A DNA stretch of 64,000 nucleotides, from assembly GCA_963674965.2 (NCBI GenBank), contig CAXXFL010000001.1:480001-544000 (forward strand), given 5' to 3'. Source of the stretch: a bacterium (GTDB taxonomy: Bacteria > RBG-13-61-14 > DATKZS01). The notes under the pieces are model-generated. The model did not search any database, was not told the origin of the DNA, and saw only the letters and a list, made by a program, of their open reading frames with translations. This document shows, piece after piece, positions 10,101 to 18,507 of this stretch (positions are counted from its first letter, which is position 1; every line of letters starts with the position of its first letter). The translations under genes were made by a program, and so were the position numbers.

Positions 10101-10342
10101 TCGGCGTCTCCGCCAAAGGCCACCCGCTTTCCGGTCTCGAGGCCGATGTTGGGGTCTCCGGTTATGGTTTTCGCCTGAGCCAGCATAAGGGTCAGCTCCT
10201 CGTTGGTCAGCCAGCCGTCGGGGCCGCTAAGGTAGTCGCCGTCGCGCCCGGCGATCTCGATAAGCGACGACGGGTCTATGCCCCGCTCCAAAAGGACCTG
10301 GAACAGCGCCCTCGTCACTCGAGTGCTTACTTCACCTTGCAT
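7112..10342 (-). CDS. multi-sensor histidine kinase (N-terminal V4R/AraC-N-like domain, 2 TM, PAS-PAS-GAF, HisKA-HATPase)
   Basis: AHEINNP H-box, NLLINA, DTGSGI, GTGLGL; PAS/PAC ends (VDVQDKK, RDITARK); GAF SLLSEPLVVDGKLEGVI. Confidence 0.9.
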   Translation of the reverse strand: MQGEVSTRVTRALFQVLLERGIDPSSLIEIAGRDGDYLSGPDGWLTNEELTLMLAQAKTITGDPNIGLETGKRVAFGGDAELDRAILTQVGARETLSHFPRFAKLIDRNHRVEIEETNGRKLRLSISRANDGLHTRDHCLLARGVMEGILIKSGVGSYRIGESHCQVRVDMAGPIDGREYEFGEDGRLKAREAGGLESDMGEARVDGEVEVCGTAFGSSRCEYVVEWDDRSPSFIKRLAASLSTLFKARDGEDVGEEEYKAIFSLGNHLIKWESSFDVTRAKYLAYLLLALFTVFPAAWFFVLSDSTSSMAIGLLLSALVLVNGIYTVRVVLVSLRQMATRAENAESILEGSGVSVVKIDPDYTIIFSNRYAKSLHGEIVGLKCYEAFRWDTSPCPDCKIEDVLAGGGKESMEREYLDKNGRKKWNYVTLNALLDEDGSLAGVSHAAVDVQDKKELELELNDKTVALEESEAKYRNYMRNAADAILIHDLDFTVIESNWQMAQLLGLDPNETTIGRSVLEYGILPKAEHERIKNLVSRMLEDGYARQFEMEIIRRDGRVIDVEVRSIPIFIGGKAVGIQSIYRDITARKREEFEKNLLLSISQSIKEAPDLNSLAQNALTGICTIMGVPVAALFVQDSQELKLLAHQSFSAKSMTEIAAAAADWSASGLASRSALFKKSIFIDDASDLKLTAGTRKKLATMGLKSLLSEPLVVDGKLEGVIVLMSTDASDFTEERRATIKHMAIELAMGVARQKLLDVIQNKNKELMCKNEELESATMQLLQSEKMASIGQLAAGVAHEINNPMGYISSNLNVLDEYRRELLKLFRTYDDVLDSIGDLERSGSRDYSPTCGYEAIMEAAGDGLDDDYSDFLSRLRAIREELDPDELFEEFENIIRECQEGASRVKAIVLDLREFSHPESGKPEWLDVQQGLASTLNIVWNELKYKAEVLREFDDVPPIKGYPQELNQVFMNLLINASHAIPEHGEIRLKTYKEDDHVCVQVSDTGSGIKPELMNRIFDPFFTTKEVGKGTGLGLAISYRIVQKHGGQIKVKSEEGKGTTFTIRLPITGPEIMKEAS

Positions 10343-10410
10343 CTGGCAACCCCGGATTATGCAACTGCCCGTCTTCCATCCCTTCTCAAAACCAGGAGGT
10401 TACTTAACTC

Positions 10411-10935
10411 CTAATCCTCGATAATGATCGCGCCCCGGCTGTCGCGCTTGACCTTGCTGATGCCCGGGTGCTTGGCCTCGAGAACGTGGGCAACGTCGGC
10501 GCGGCGCTTGAGGTCCACCAGCATCTCACGCGACTTGCCCTGCATAAGCGAGACGTCCACCGCCTTTTTGATTATCGACCTGACCTCATGGTCGTCCCAG
10601 GGTTTCTCCAGGAAACGGAAAAGCTTCCCCTCGTTGATCCCCGAGATGGCCATGTCCAGGTCGGCGTGACCCGTCAGCAGTATGCGCGTCACGCTGGGGA
10701 AGCGCTTCCTAACCTCGATCAGAAGGTCCATGCCGCTCATGCCGGGCATGCGGTAATCGGAGACGATCACGTTGAAGGGACCCTTTTCAAGAAGACCGAT
10801 GGCCTTGGTGGGGTCCTGGCACGTCGCCACCTCGTAGGGCTCGTTTCGCAAGGACCGAACCAGTGAGTTCAGAACGTACTCCTCATCGTCAACCAGGAGT
10901 ATCGAGCCGATTTTCTTTTCGTTTGTCTTGCCCAT
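10411..10935 (-). CDS. response regulator (REC with short C-terminal extension)
   Basis: ILLVDDE, VSDYRMPGMSG, LTG, FLEKPW. Confidence 0.92.
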   Translation of the reverse strand: MGKTNEKKIGSILLVDDEEYVLNSLVRSLRNEPYEVATCQDPTKAIGLLEKGPFNVIVSDYRMPGMSGMDLLIEVRKRFPSVTRILLTGHADLDMAISGINEGKLFRFLEKPWDDHEVRSIIKKAVDVSLMQGKSREMLVDLKRRADVAHVLEAKHPGISKVKRDSRGAIIIED

Positions 10936-11419
10936 CCATTCCTCCTCGCGCTTTTTCCCATAAATTCCAAATAAGAGAATTGCTTCTCCCGCGTCCGGTT
11001 CTAAGAGTAATCAAGAATAATGCCGAAACCGACCGGTCTTGTTCATTCAACCTAAACTTCTGATATCGTTATTTTAAATGGCTGATATCGGCCGAGTTGC
11101 AAATATTTTGCGCTTTTCTCTTATCGGATTCGCGAATTGTACTTTCCCGGCCCGGCCAAGAAAATTGTCTTTCGTTTTCAATCGGCTAGCGCAATAAGGG
11201 GGCGAAATCTCATAAATGATATTTCCAATTATGGAAATCCTAAATTATTACGGAGAGTAACGCCGGTATCGGCGCCACCCGCGTCGCGTCCTGGCGCGGT
11301 CCATAATCGAGTTCATTGCCCATAAAATAAAAAACTCTTTGGGCTATACTATATATCTATTCCCCGCCCGTTCGGGCGGGGAAACCTTTTTACTTCGCCA
11401 AAGATAAAACCGCCTGCAA

Positions 11420-11448
11420 TTGACGCGGCGGGAGAGTTTGGCTAGTTT
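11420..11448 (+). promoter_or_regulatory. putative sigma70 promoter of site-2 protease/trpS unit
   Basis: TTGACG-N17-TAGTTT just upstream of GGAG and ATG 11466. Confidence 0.5.
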
Positions 11449-11465
11449 ATTAATGGAGAAAAAAC

Positions 11466-12116
11466 ATGGAAGTAAATCCCGAGACATATAAATATATTCT
11501 GCTTGTGCCCCATTTCCTTTTCGCCATAAGCTTTCACGAGTTCTCCCACGCGGGGGCCGCCTACCTGCTGGGGGACGACACGGCCAAACATATGGGAAGA
11601 CTCACGCTCAATCCCATCAAGCATATCGACCCCATTGGCGCCATAGCCCTTTTTATCATCGGACTGGGATGGGCCAAGCCCGTTCCCATCAACCCTCTCC
11701 GCTTTAAAAACCCCAGGAGGGACGACGTAATCGTAAGCCTGGCCGGACCCGGCTCGAACCTGGTCCTGGCCCTGGCCTTTATCGCCCTCATCTGGATAGT
11801 CGTGTTAATCGCGTTTAAATCCACGCCTTTCCTCGAGATCGTCTTTCGCTTTTTGCTCGTGGGCGCCAGCATTAACATGCTGCTTTGCTTTTTCAACCTC
11901 CTTCCCGTTCCCCCCCTCGATGGAAGCCACGTGCTGATGGGTATATTGCCCGAGTCCGTGAGCGAGGCCTTAAGGCCGCTCATGAGCGCCGGACCCATGC
12001 TGCTTCTGGCCATCATCATGCTGGAAAGCTTCGCCCATATCCCCATCTTCAGCTACCTGGTCTTCAAGCCGGCCGACGGTTTAACCAAGCTTCTCCTTAC
12101 CGGCGTGGTTGGATGA
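11466..12116 (+). CDS. site-2 protease family (M50) zinc metalloprotease
   Basis: HEFSH, GWAKPVP, AGPGSN, FNLLPVPPLDG. Confidence 0.93.
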   Translation: MEVNPETYKYILLVPHFLFAISFHEFSHAGAAYLLGDDTAKHMGRLTLNPIKHIDPIGAIALFIIGLGWAKPVPINPLRFKNPRRDDVIVSLAGPGSNLVLALAFIALIWIVVLIAFKSTPFLEIVFRFLLVGASINMLLCFFNLLPVPPLDGSHVLMGILPESVSEALRPLMSAGPMLLLAIIMLESFAHIPIFSYLVFKPADGLTKLLLTGVVG

Positions 12117-12238
12117 GGCGGCCGGGTGGCCGGCCACTCGTCCGCGATCTTTTGCGCCGGTCCCATGTTTCATGAGAAAATAATTATTCGGCCGGCGAGC
12201 GTCGTTTCTCGCCGCTACATTAACTCGGGAGTAATCAA

Positions 12239-13222
12239 TTGGAAAGGAAAAGAATCTTAAGCGGCAACCGTCCCACCGGGGCCCTCCATCTCGGGCATCT
12301 GTGGGGGGCCCTTCAAAACTGGGTCGACCTCCAGGAAGACTACGATTGCTTTTACTTCGTGGCCGACTGGCACGCCCTGACCACGGAGTTCGAAAATACG
12401 GGGATCATCAAGCCGAGCACGGTTGAAATGGTCATGGACTGGCTGGCGGTGGGTCTCGACCCTGACCGGAGCACCATTTTCGTCCAGTCCCAAATCAAGG
12501 AGCACGCCGAGTTGTACCTCCTTTTGGGGATGACGGCCTCGGTGGCCCGCCTCGAGCGGGTACCCTCCTACAAGGCCTTCCAGGAGGAAACGGGCCGGGA
12601 CGTCTCGACCTACGGTTTCCTCGGGTATCCTCTCCTTCAGACGGCCGACATTCTCATGTACCGCCCGGTGGGAGTGCCGGTGGGGGAGGACCAACTCGCC
12701 CACGTCGAGCTGACGAGGGAATTCGCCCGCCGCTTCAACAACCTCTACGGCGAGGTCTTCCCCGAGCCCGAGGCCCTTTTGACCAAGACCGCCAAGGTGC
12801 CGGGAACGGACGGAAGAAAAATGAGCAAGTCCTACGGGAACTCCATCGCCCTGGCCGAGCCGCCCGAGTCCATCGAGCGGAAGATCAAGACCATGATGAC
12901 CGACCCGGCCCGCAAAAGGAAGACCGACCCCGGCGACCCCGATCTCTGTCCGGTTTACGACCTCCACCGGATTTACTCGGACCATGAAACCCTTTTGTGG
13001 TCGGCCGACGGGTGCAGGACCGCCGGCATCGGATGCGTCGAGTGCAAGAAAAAGCTCTGGCCGCGCGTGATCGACTCGCTCGAGCCGGTCCGGACCAAGC
13101 GCGCCTATTACCAGGACAGGCCGGGCGAGATACTGGAAATCCTGGAGGAGGGAAACAAAAAGGCCAGGGCCTTCGCCGGGGAAACCATGGCCGCCGTAAG
13201 AAAAGCCATGCAAATCGACTAG
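12239..13222 (+). CDS. trpS: tryptophan--tRNA ligase
   Basis: SGNRPTGALHLGH, YPLLQTADI, VPVGEDQ, KMSKS; TTG start. Confidence 0.97.
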   Translation: MERKRILSGNRPTGALHLGHLWGALQNWVDLQEDYDCFYFVADWHALTTEFENTGIIKPSTVEMVMDWLAVGLDPDRSTIFVQSQIKEHAELYLLLGMTASVARLERVPSYKAFQEETGRDVSTYGFLGYPLLQTADILMYRPVGVPVGEDQLAHVELTREFARRFNNLYGEVFPEPEALLTKTAKVPGTDGRKMSKSYGNSIALAEPPESIERKIKTMMTDPARKRKTDPGDPDLCPVYDLHRIYSDHETLLWSADGCRTAGIGCVECKKKLWPRVIDSLEPVRTKRAYYQDRPGEILEILEEGNKKARAFAGETMAAVRKAMQID

Positions 13223-13272
13223 GCCAAGTCCCGCGAGGTCCATGCCGTGGCCGCCGTAAGGGGGAAGCTTTT

Positions 13273-13839
13273 ATGGACAAGCCGCGCTCCAAAAACAAAA
13301 TCGCTCTGTTTTTCATCCAGCTCGCAACGATGGCGCTTTGCATGGGATCATCCTGCGGACTTGGCGAGGACGGGACGGTGCCGGCGACCAAGGCGGTGGG
13401 TCCGGAGGAGTTCGTGGTCCGGATGAAGCCGTCCCTGGGCTTTCGTCCGGCGCAATACGAAACGGTCCGCGTACTTGGCGTAAGGGCTATTTTCAGCGAC
13501 GAGGACGGAGGTTTCGAGGGGGCCATACAAAGGCTGGACAATCTGGTGGCGGGCAAAAGGGTCGTTCTTCAATACGAGCGTCCCGGGGTTAAATCGAGGA
13601 CGGCGAACGGCGCGCTTCTCGTTTGGGTCAAGGTTGACGGCCGGGACCTTAGCGAGCTTATGATCGAAAGCGGCATGGCCCGCTTTCATTCCGGCTACGA
13701 TTGCCAAAGCAAACGGGAAGCCCTGAAAAAACTGGACCTCGAGATATACGGGGAGATGGAGCCGGAAAAACGCTGGTCCTACCCCGGTTTTTACGACCGC
13801 GAGGACGGCGATTACGAGATAATCCTCGAGGAGTGGTAG
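13273..13839 (+). CDS. thermonuclease (SNase)-fold putative lipoprotein, degenerate active site
   Basis: Hydrophobic leader with Cys; ETVRVLGV, LVAGKRVVL, LLVWVKVDGRDLSELMIESGMA. Confidence 0.65.
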   Translation: MDKPRSKNKIALFFIQLATMALCMGSSCGLGEDGTVPATKAVGPEEFVVRMKPSLGFRPAQYETVRVLGVRAIFSDEDGGFEGAIQRLDNLVAGKRVVLQYERPGVKSRTANGALLVWVKVDGRDLSELMIESGMARFHSGYDCQSKREALKKLDLEIYGEMEPEKRWSYPGFYDREDGDYEIILEEW

Positions 13840-13848
13840 CCGTCGTTC

Positions 13849-13875
13849 CCCCGGGCTTTCAAGCCGGGCTTTTTT
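13849..13875 (+). terminator. intrinsic terminator
   Basis: cccgggctt-tc-aagccggg followed by T6. Confidence 0.65.
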
Positions 13876-14010
13876 AATATAATATAGTCTTCCGGCAAGG
13901 GTTTATTGCATTCGAGATAAAAAGAGCGCGCCGGGTTGAATGGTCCGCTCCTTATTCGAGGCGCGGCGTTTTTTTTTTCGAGCCGCGCTTTTAGGGTATT
14001 TTGCCGCCGC

Positions 14011-14811
14011 ATGGAAAGTCAGGATACATACAGGGTACGGCTCGAGATATTCGAGGGTCCCTTGGACCTTCTGCTTTATCTGATCAAGAAGAACGAGCTG
14101 GACGTATACGATATTCCCATCGCTCTTATCGTCGAGCAGTACAACGCCTATCTCGATCTGATGCAGGCGCTGAACCTCGACATGGTGGGCGATTTTCTGG
14201 TCATGGCCGCCACCTTGTCCCACGTGAAGTCACGCATGCTTCTTCCGTCGGTGGAGGGCGAGGACGAGGAGGAGGGGGGGGAGGACCCCCGGGCCGAGCT
14301 GGTTCGCAAAATACTCGAGTACCAGCGCTACAAGGAGGCGGCCGAGGACCTTATCGCCCGTCCCCTTTTGGGCCGCGACGTTTACACGCGGGAAACGGAC
14401 CAGTCGGCCATCCACGGCGCCGCCCAGGAGGCGGGCATTCCCGAGGTGACCTTTATCGAGGTGGGGGTGTTCGGTCTTCTCGAGGCCTTCAAGGAGGTCA
14501 TGGAGAAGGCCCAGATCACGAACTGGCACGAGGTCGCCATGGAGCGCGTCTCGATCATGGACCGGATCAACCAGGTGCTCGATCTGTTCAAGGACGTTGA
14601 CACGCTGGGCTTCGAGCAGCTTTTCACCGAGGTGACCGACCGGTTCATGGTTATCGCCACCTTTTTGGCCATCCTCGAGCTGGTCAAGCTCAAGGTGATT
14701 AAAGTACACCAGGAGACCAGGTTCGGCGCCATCGTGCTGGTCAGGGCCGTGACCATAGACGACGAGTGGCTGACGGAAAACCTGCCGGGACTGGACACTG
14801 AAAGAGGTTAG
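14011..14811 (+). CDS. scpA: segregation and condensation protein A
   Basis: FEGPLDLLLYLIKK, FLVMAATL, KSRMLLP, TFLAILEL. Confidence 0.96.
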   Translation: MESQDTYRVRLEIFEGPLDLLLYLIKKNELDVYDIPIALIVEQYNAYLDLMQALNLDMVGDFLVMAATLSHVKSRMLLPSVEGEDEEEGGEDPRAELVRKILEYQRYKEAAEDLIARPLLGRDVYTRETDQSAIHGAAQEAGIPEVTFIEVGVFGLLEAFKEVMEKAQITNWHEVAMERVSIMDRINQVLDLFKDVDTLGFEQLFTEVTDRFMVIATFLAILELVKLKVIKVHQETRFGAIVLVRAVTIDDEWLTENLPGLDTERG

Positions 14812-14815
14812 GAAA

Positions 14816-15538
14816 TTGGACCGGGAAAAGATAGAGTCGATCATCGAGAGCCTTCTTTTCGCCGCCGGCGAGGCGATCACTCTCCGGCGTCTTTGCGACG
14901 TGATCTCCGAGGCGGACAAGAAGGAAGTCAGGGCGGCGATGGAGGAACTGGCGAGGAAATGGGACCATCCCGGCCGCGGGTTGAGACTGGTCGAGGTGTC
15001 GGGCGGATACCAGTTCCAGACGGCGCCCGAGAACTCGGCCTGGGTGGGCAGGCTGTTGCAGACCCGTCCCGTCCGCCTGTCAAGGGCTTCCCTCGAGACC
15101 CTGGCCATCGTGGCCTACAAGCAGCCCGTTACCAGGACCGAGCTCGAGGAAATAAGGGGAGTCGACTCGGGAGGAGTATTGAAAACCTTATTGGAACACG
15201 GCTTCATCCGGATCGCCGGAAGGAAAGACGTGGCCGGAAGGCCGCTTATTTACGCCACCGATAAGAAGTTCATGGAATTCTTCCGCATGAAGAGCCTGGC
15301 CGAGCTTCCAACTTTGAAGGAGCTTGACGACATGCATGGGGAGGCGACGGCCGAGACCGGACCCGCGTCCGATGGGGACGCGATCGAGGAAGTCCCCGTC
15401 CATGGCGAGGAGGAAGCCGGGGCCCCAAACGAGCCCGAGGAACTGGAAGAAACGGACGCCGATTCCCGCGAGGAAGAGATGGAGACGGACGCCCCGGGAC
15501 TCGATGAAGAAGGACCGGACGACGGCGAGGGACCCTGA
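14816..15538 (+). CDS. scpB: segregation and condensation protein B with acidic tail
   Basis: IESLLFAA, LSRASLETLAIVAYKQPVTR, EIRGV, GRPLIYAT. Confidence 0.96.
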   Translation: MDREKIESIIESLLFAAGEAITLRRLCDVISEADKKEVRAAMEELARKWDHPGRGLRLVEVSGGYQFQTAPENSAWVGRLLQTRPVRLSRASLETLAIVAYKQPVTRTELEEIRGVDSGGVLKTLLEHGFIRIAGRKDVAGRPLIYATDKKFMEFFRMKSLAELPTLKELDDMHGEATAETGPASDGDAIEEVPVHGEEEAGAPNEPEELEETDADSREEEMETDAPGLDEEGPDDGEGP

Positions 15539-15556
15539 GCGCTAGCGACGATTGTA

Positions 15557-18424
15557 TTGAAGCGCCGATCGATTTTCCAACCAAGAGTAGTTTTCAACAT
15601 GTACGGCGAAAAAGAGAGAATAAGTTACCTTTTCAAGGGCCGCTGGTTCGTCAGCCTCTGGTTCGGACTGGGCTCGGCCGCGCTGGCGGTCATGGTCAAT
15701 CCCTCGGTAATTCCTTATATAGTATTGATCGGCGTTTTTCAGATGACGCTCAACCAGCCCTTTACCTGGAAAAGACTTCTGGGCGTCGATATTTCCCGGC
15801 TGGCTCGCGCCCATCTTTATACCGACGTCATTATTATTACTCTTTCCATACATTTCTTCGGAGGCCTGCACGCCGGCCCCCTTTTGATGGTCTATCTTCT
15901 ACTCATCGTTCACGCCTCTCTTACCCTGGGTCCGAACGAGGGACTGAGATCGTCCGCGGCCAGCCTCTTTTGTTTTTTCCTGATGGTGATAGTCGAGAAA
16001 ATATCGGGTATTTATTACCCTCCTCTTTACGGTCCCGGCGCGGGCTGGTCCAACTACCTGGCCATGTTCCTGTCCACCGTCACCATATTCACCGTGCCCT
16101 TCCTCACGGGCAAGTTCGTTTTCGGCGTTATCAACCGGCAGCAGTCGGAGATTAAAAGCACCCTCGAGGCCTTCCAGGGCGTTTTTATGGGCGCCATCGA
16201 GCCCGCTATCATGCTCGATCACGAGGCCCGGGTGGTCCAGGCCAATTATTCCGCCTCGGCGATTTTCAATATGGACTCCGAGGCCATGCGCGGGAAAATC
16301 CTTTACGATCTGGTGTCAGGGGAGACGGCCGACGAGTTCGCCGTAATCCTCCAGAACGTGGCCGCGGGCGAAAGGGTCGCGGGCCGAAACCTTCCCTTCC
16401 ATCCTCTGGGCGGAGAATCCAGGGTGCTCGAGATCGGCGCATCTCCCTTTGACACGGGCGCGGGAAAGCCCGGGTCCATACTCGCCCTCCTGGACGTGAC
16501 GGAAAAAATCCGCATGGCCGAGGAACTTAAAAGATACTCCGAGGAACTGTACAGGAAAGTCGAGGAAAGGACCGCCGAGCTCGAGGAATCCAGGGAGATT
16601 TACCTCAGCCTCTTCGAGAAAGCCGCCGTTCCCCTTTGCTGGCTCGATCCCGAGGGAGTTTTGCAATCGGCCAACAACGCCTTTAAAAACCTCACGGGAA
16701 TGGAGGACAAGGACCAGGGAACGGCGGCCCTGGTCGATTTGGTGGAAAACCCCAGGGAAAGGGCGGCCGTGGCGGACGCCCTTGACAGGCTGAGAAGGGG
16801 ACTTGACGCTCCCACCCGGGGCGAGGTCGAGATCAAAAGCAGGCGGGGCAAATCGTTCACGACCGAATGGTTCGTCCGTTTCGATCCTCTTACCGACCAG
16901 ATACTTGTCTCGATGATCGACATCACCGACCGCAAGCTGGCTGAGAGGGCGCTTAAAGAGAGCGAGGAAAGATACCGGACCCTGGTCGAGACCTCGCCCG
17001 ACGCCATCAACGTCACCGACCTGGCCGGTCGTTTTCTGATGGCCAACCGCCAGTCGCTAATAATGGGGGGCTTTTCGAGCGAGGAGGAACTGCTGGGCTC
17101 GAGCGCCTTCGACGCGGTAGCGCCCGAGGACAAGGACGAGGCCATTAAGGGCATGATGAAGACCCTTTCCGAGGGGACCGTGCGCAACCTCGAGTACGTT
17201 TGCCTCAAAAAGGACGGGACCCGGTATCCGGCCGAGATGAGCGTTTCCATTCTCAAGAACGCCGGCGGCGACCCGGTGGGCTATATCGGGGTGACCCGCG
17301 ACGTCTCCGCGCGGCGGGTCGCCGAGGACGCCCTTAAAAAGAGCGAGGAAAGGTTCCGCGCCCTCATCGAGCACAGCCAGGACGTCATCTCCATAATCGA
17401 CGCGACGGGCAAGATATTATACGAAAGCCCGGCGGCCATGCGCATCCTGGGCTACGATCCCGAGGAGCTCATCGGCCACAGCGCGTTCGATTTCATCCGT
17501 CCATCGGACTCCAAGGAAGTGGTCGAGCGTTTTTTCGAGGGCCTCGGTAATTACGGCTCCACCATTTACATGGACCTGACGCTCATGGCGAAGGACGGCT
17601 CGGAGAAGACGGTCGAGGCCACGGTCACGAACCTTATTGACAACCCGATAGTGGGCGGGTATATCATCAACTCGCGAGATATCACGTACAAGAAGGAACT
17701 GGAGGAAGCAAGAGAGAAGCTTCAAGAGGAACTTGTCCTGGCCCGGCAGCTGGCGGCGGCGGGCAAGATGGCCGCGGGCGTGGCCCACGAGATGAACAGC
17801 CCCCTCACCGCGATCAGCTTCTACACGGACGCCCTCGAGAAGTCGGAGGAGTTAAGCGCCGAGCAGGTCGGGAAAATCCAACGCATCAGGGAGTCGTCGG
17901 ACAGGCTTCAATACCTTATCTCCCGCCTGATCAATTTTTCCTCCGCGGACAGGGCCGAGCTCGAGCCGCTGGATATTAACGAGGTCATAAGTCAGGTGGT
18001 GGACGCCCTTTCTCACGAGTTTGCAAAGCGGCCGGAAGTGGAGTTGACTCTCGATCTGCAGGACGGCCTGGCCAGAGTTAACGGCAATAAGAAGCATCTT
18101 TTCCATATGACCTCCAACCTGGTCGTGAACGCCCTGCAGGCCATGGGGGAGAAGGGAGGCAAGGTCTCCGTCAAAACGCTCGCCGCTCCCGACGCGATAC
18201 TCCTCGAAGTAAGGGACAGCGGATCGGGGATCGAGGAAAAGGACGTCCCCAATATATTCAAGCCTTTTTTCACCAGCAAGGCGGAAGGCGAGGGCTTCGG
18301 CCTGGGCCTGGCCATCGTGGCCCAGGTCGCCAGGCTGCATGGCGCCGAGGTAAAAGTGGACTCGAAGTCCGGCGAGGGATCGACCTTTACCGTCGAGTTC
18401 CCCCTTCCAAAACAGAGCGCCTGA
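15557..18424 (+). CDS. membrane-bound multi-PAS histidine kinase
   Basis: N-terminal multi-TM region, about four PAS/PAC repeats (ESEERYR, KSEERFR), AHEMNSP, NLVVNA, GFGLGL; start uncertain (TTG 15557 or ATG 15599). Confidence 0.9.
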   Translation: MKRRSIFQPRVVFNMYGEKERISYLFKGRWFVSLWFGLGSAALAVMVNPSVIPYIVLIGVFQMTLNQPFTWKRLLGVDISRLARAHLYTDVIIITLSIHFFGGLHAGPLLMVYLLLIVHASLTLGPNEGLRSSAASLFCFFLMVIVEKISGIYYPPLYGPGAGWSNYLAMFLSTVTIFTVPFLTGKFVFGVINRQQSEIKSTLEAFQGVFMGAIEPAIMLDHEARVVQANYSASAIFNMDSEAMRGKILYDLVSGETADEFAVILQNVAAGERVAGRNLPFHPLGGESRVLEIGASPFDTGAGKPGSILALLDVTEKIRMAEELKRYSEELYRKVEERTAELEESREIYLSLFEKAAVPLCWLDPEGVLQSANNAFKNLTGMEDKDQGTAALVDLVENPRERAAVADALDRLRRGLDAPTRGEVEIKSRRGKSFTTEWFVRFDPLTDQILVSMIDITDRKLAERALKESEERYRTLVETSPDAINVTDLAGRFLMANRQSLIMGGFSSEEELLGSSAFDAVAPEDKDEAIKGMMKTLSEGTVRNLEYVCLKKDGTRYPAEMSVSILKNAGGDPVGYIGVTRDVSARRVAEDALKKSEERFRALIEHSQDVISIIDATGKILYESPAAMRILGYDPEELIGHSAFDFIRPSDSKEVVERFFEGLGNYGSTIYMDLTLMAKDGSEKTVEATVTNLIDNPIVGGYIINSRDITYKKELEEAREKLQEELVLARQLAAAGKMAAGVAHEMNSPLTAISFYTDALEKSEELSAEQVGKIQRIRESSDRLQYLISRLINFSSADRAELEPLDINEVISQVVDALSHEFAKRPEVELTLDLQDGLARVNGNKKHLFHMTSNLVVNALQAMGEKGGKVSVKTLAAPDAILLEVRDSGSGIEEKDVPNIFKPFFTSKAEGEGFGLGLAIVAQVARLHGAEVKVDSKSGEGSTFTVEFPLPKQSA

Positions 18425-18456
18425 ATAAGCCCCGGTCTTCTATCGCGAGCGAATAA

Positions 18457-18490
18457 AAAGGCGCGGCCTCGAAGGAAAAGCCGCGCCTTT
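18457..18490. terminator. bidirectional terminator between kinase and rho
   Basis: aaaggcgcggc...gccgcgccttt inverted repeat with A and T tracts. Confidence 0.8.
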
Positions 18491-18507
18491 ACTTTTGGGC
18501 GAAGTCA

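Noticed and set aside
13273-15538. Nuclease + scpAB as a Wadjet-like defence system
   Set aside because: scpAB are housekeeping type in the usual trpS context, there is no SMC/JetC or Toprim JetD, and the nuclease-like protein is exported and degenerate.
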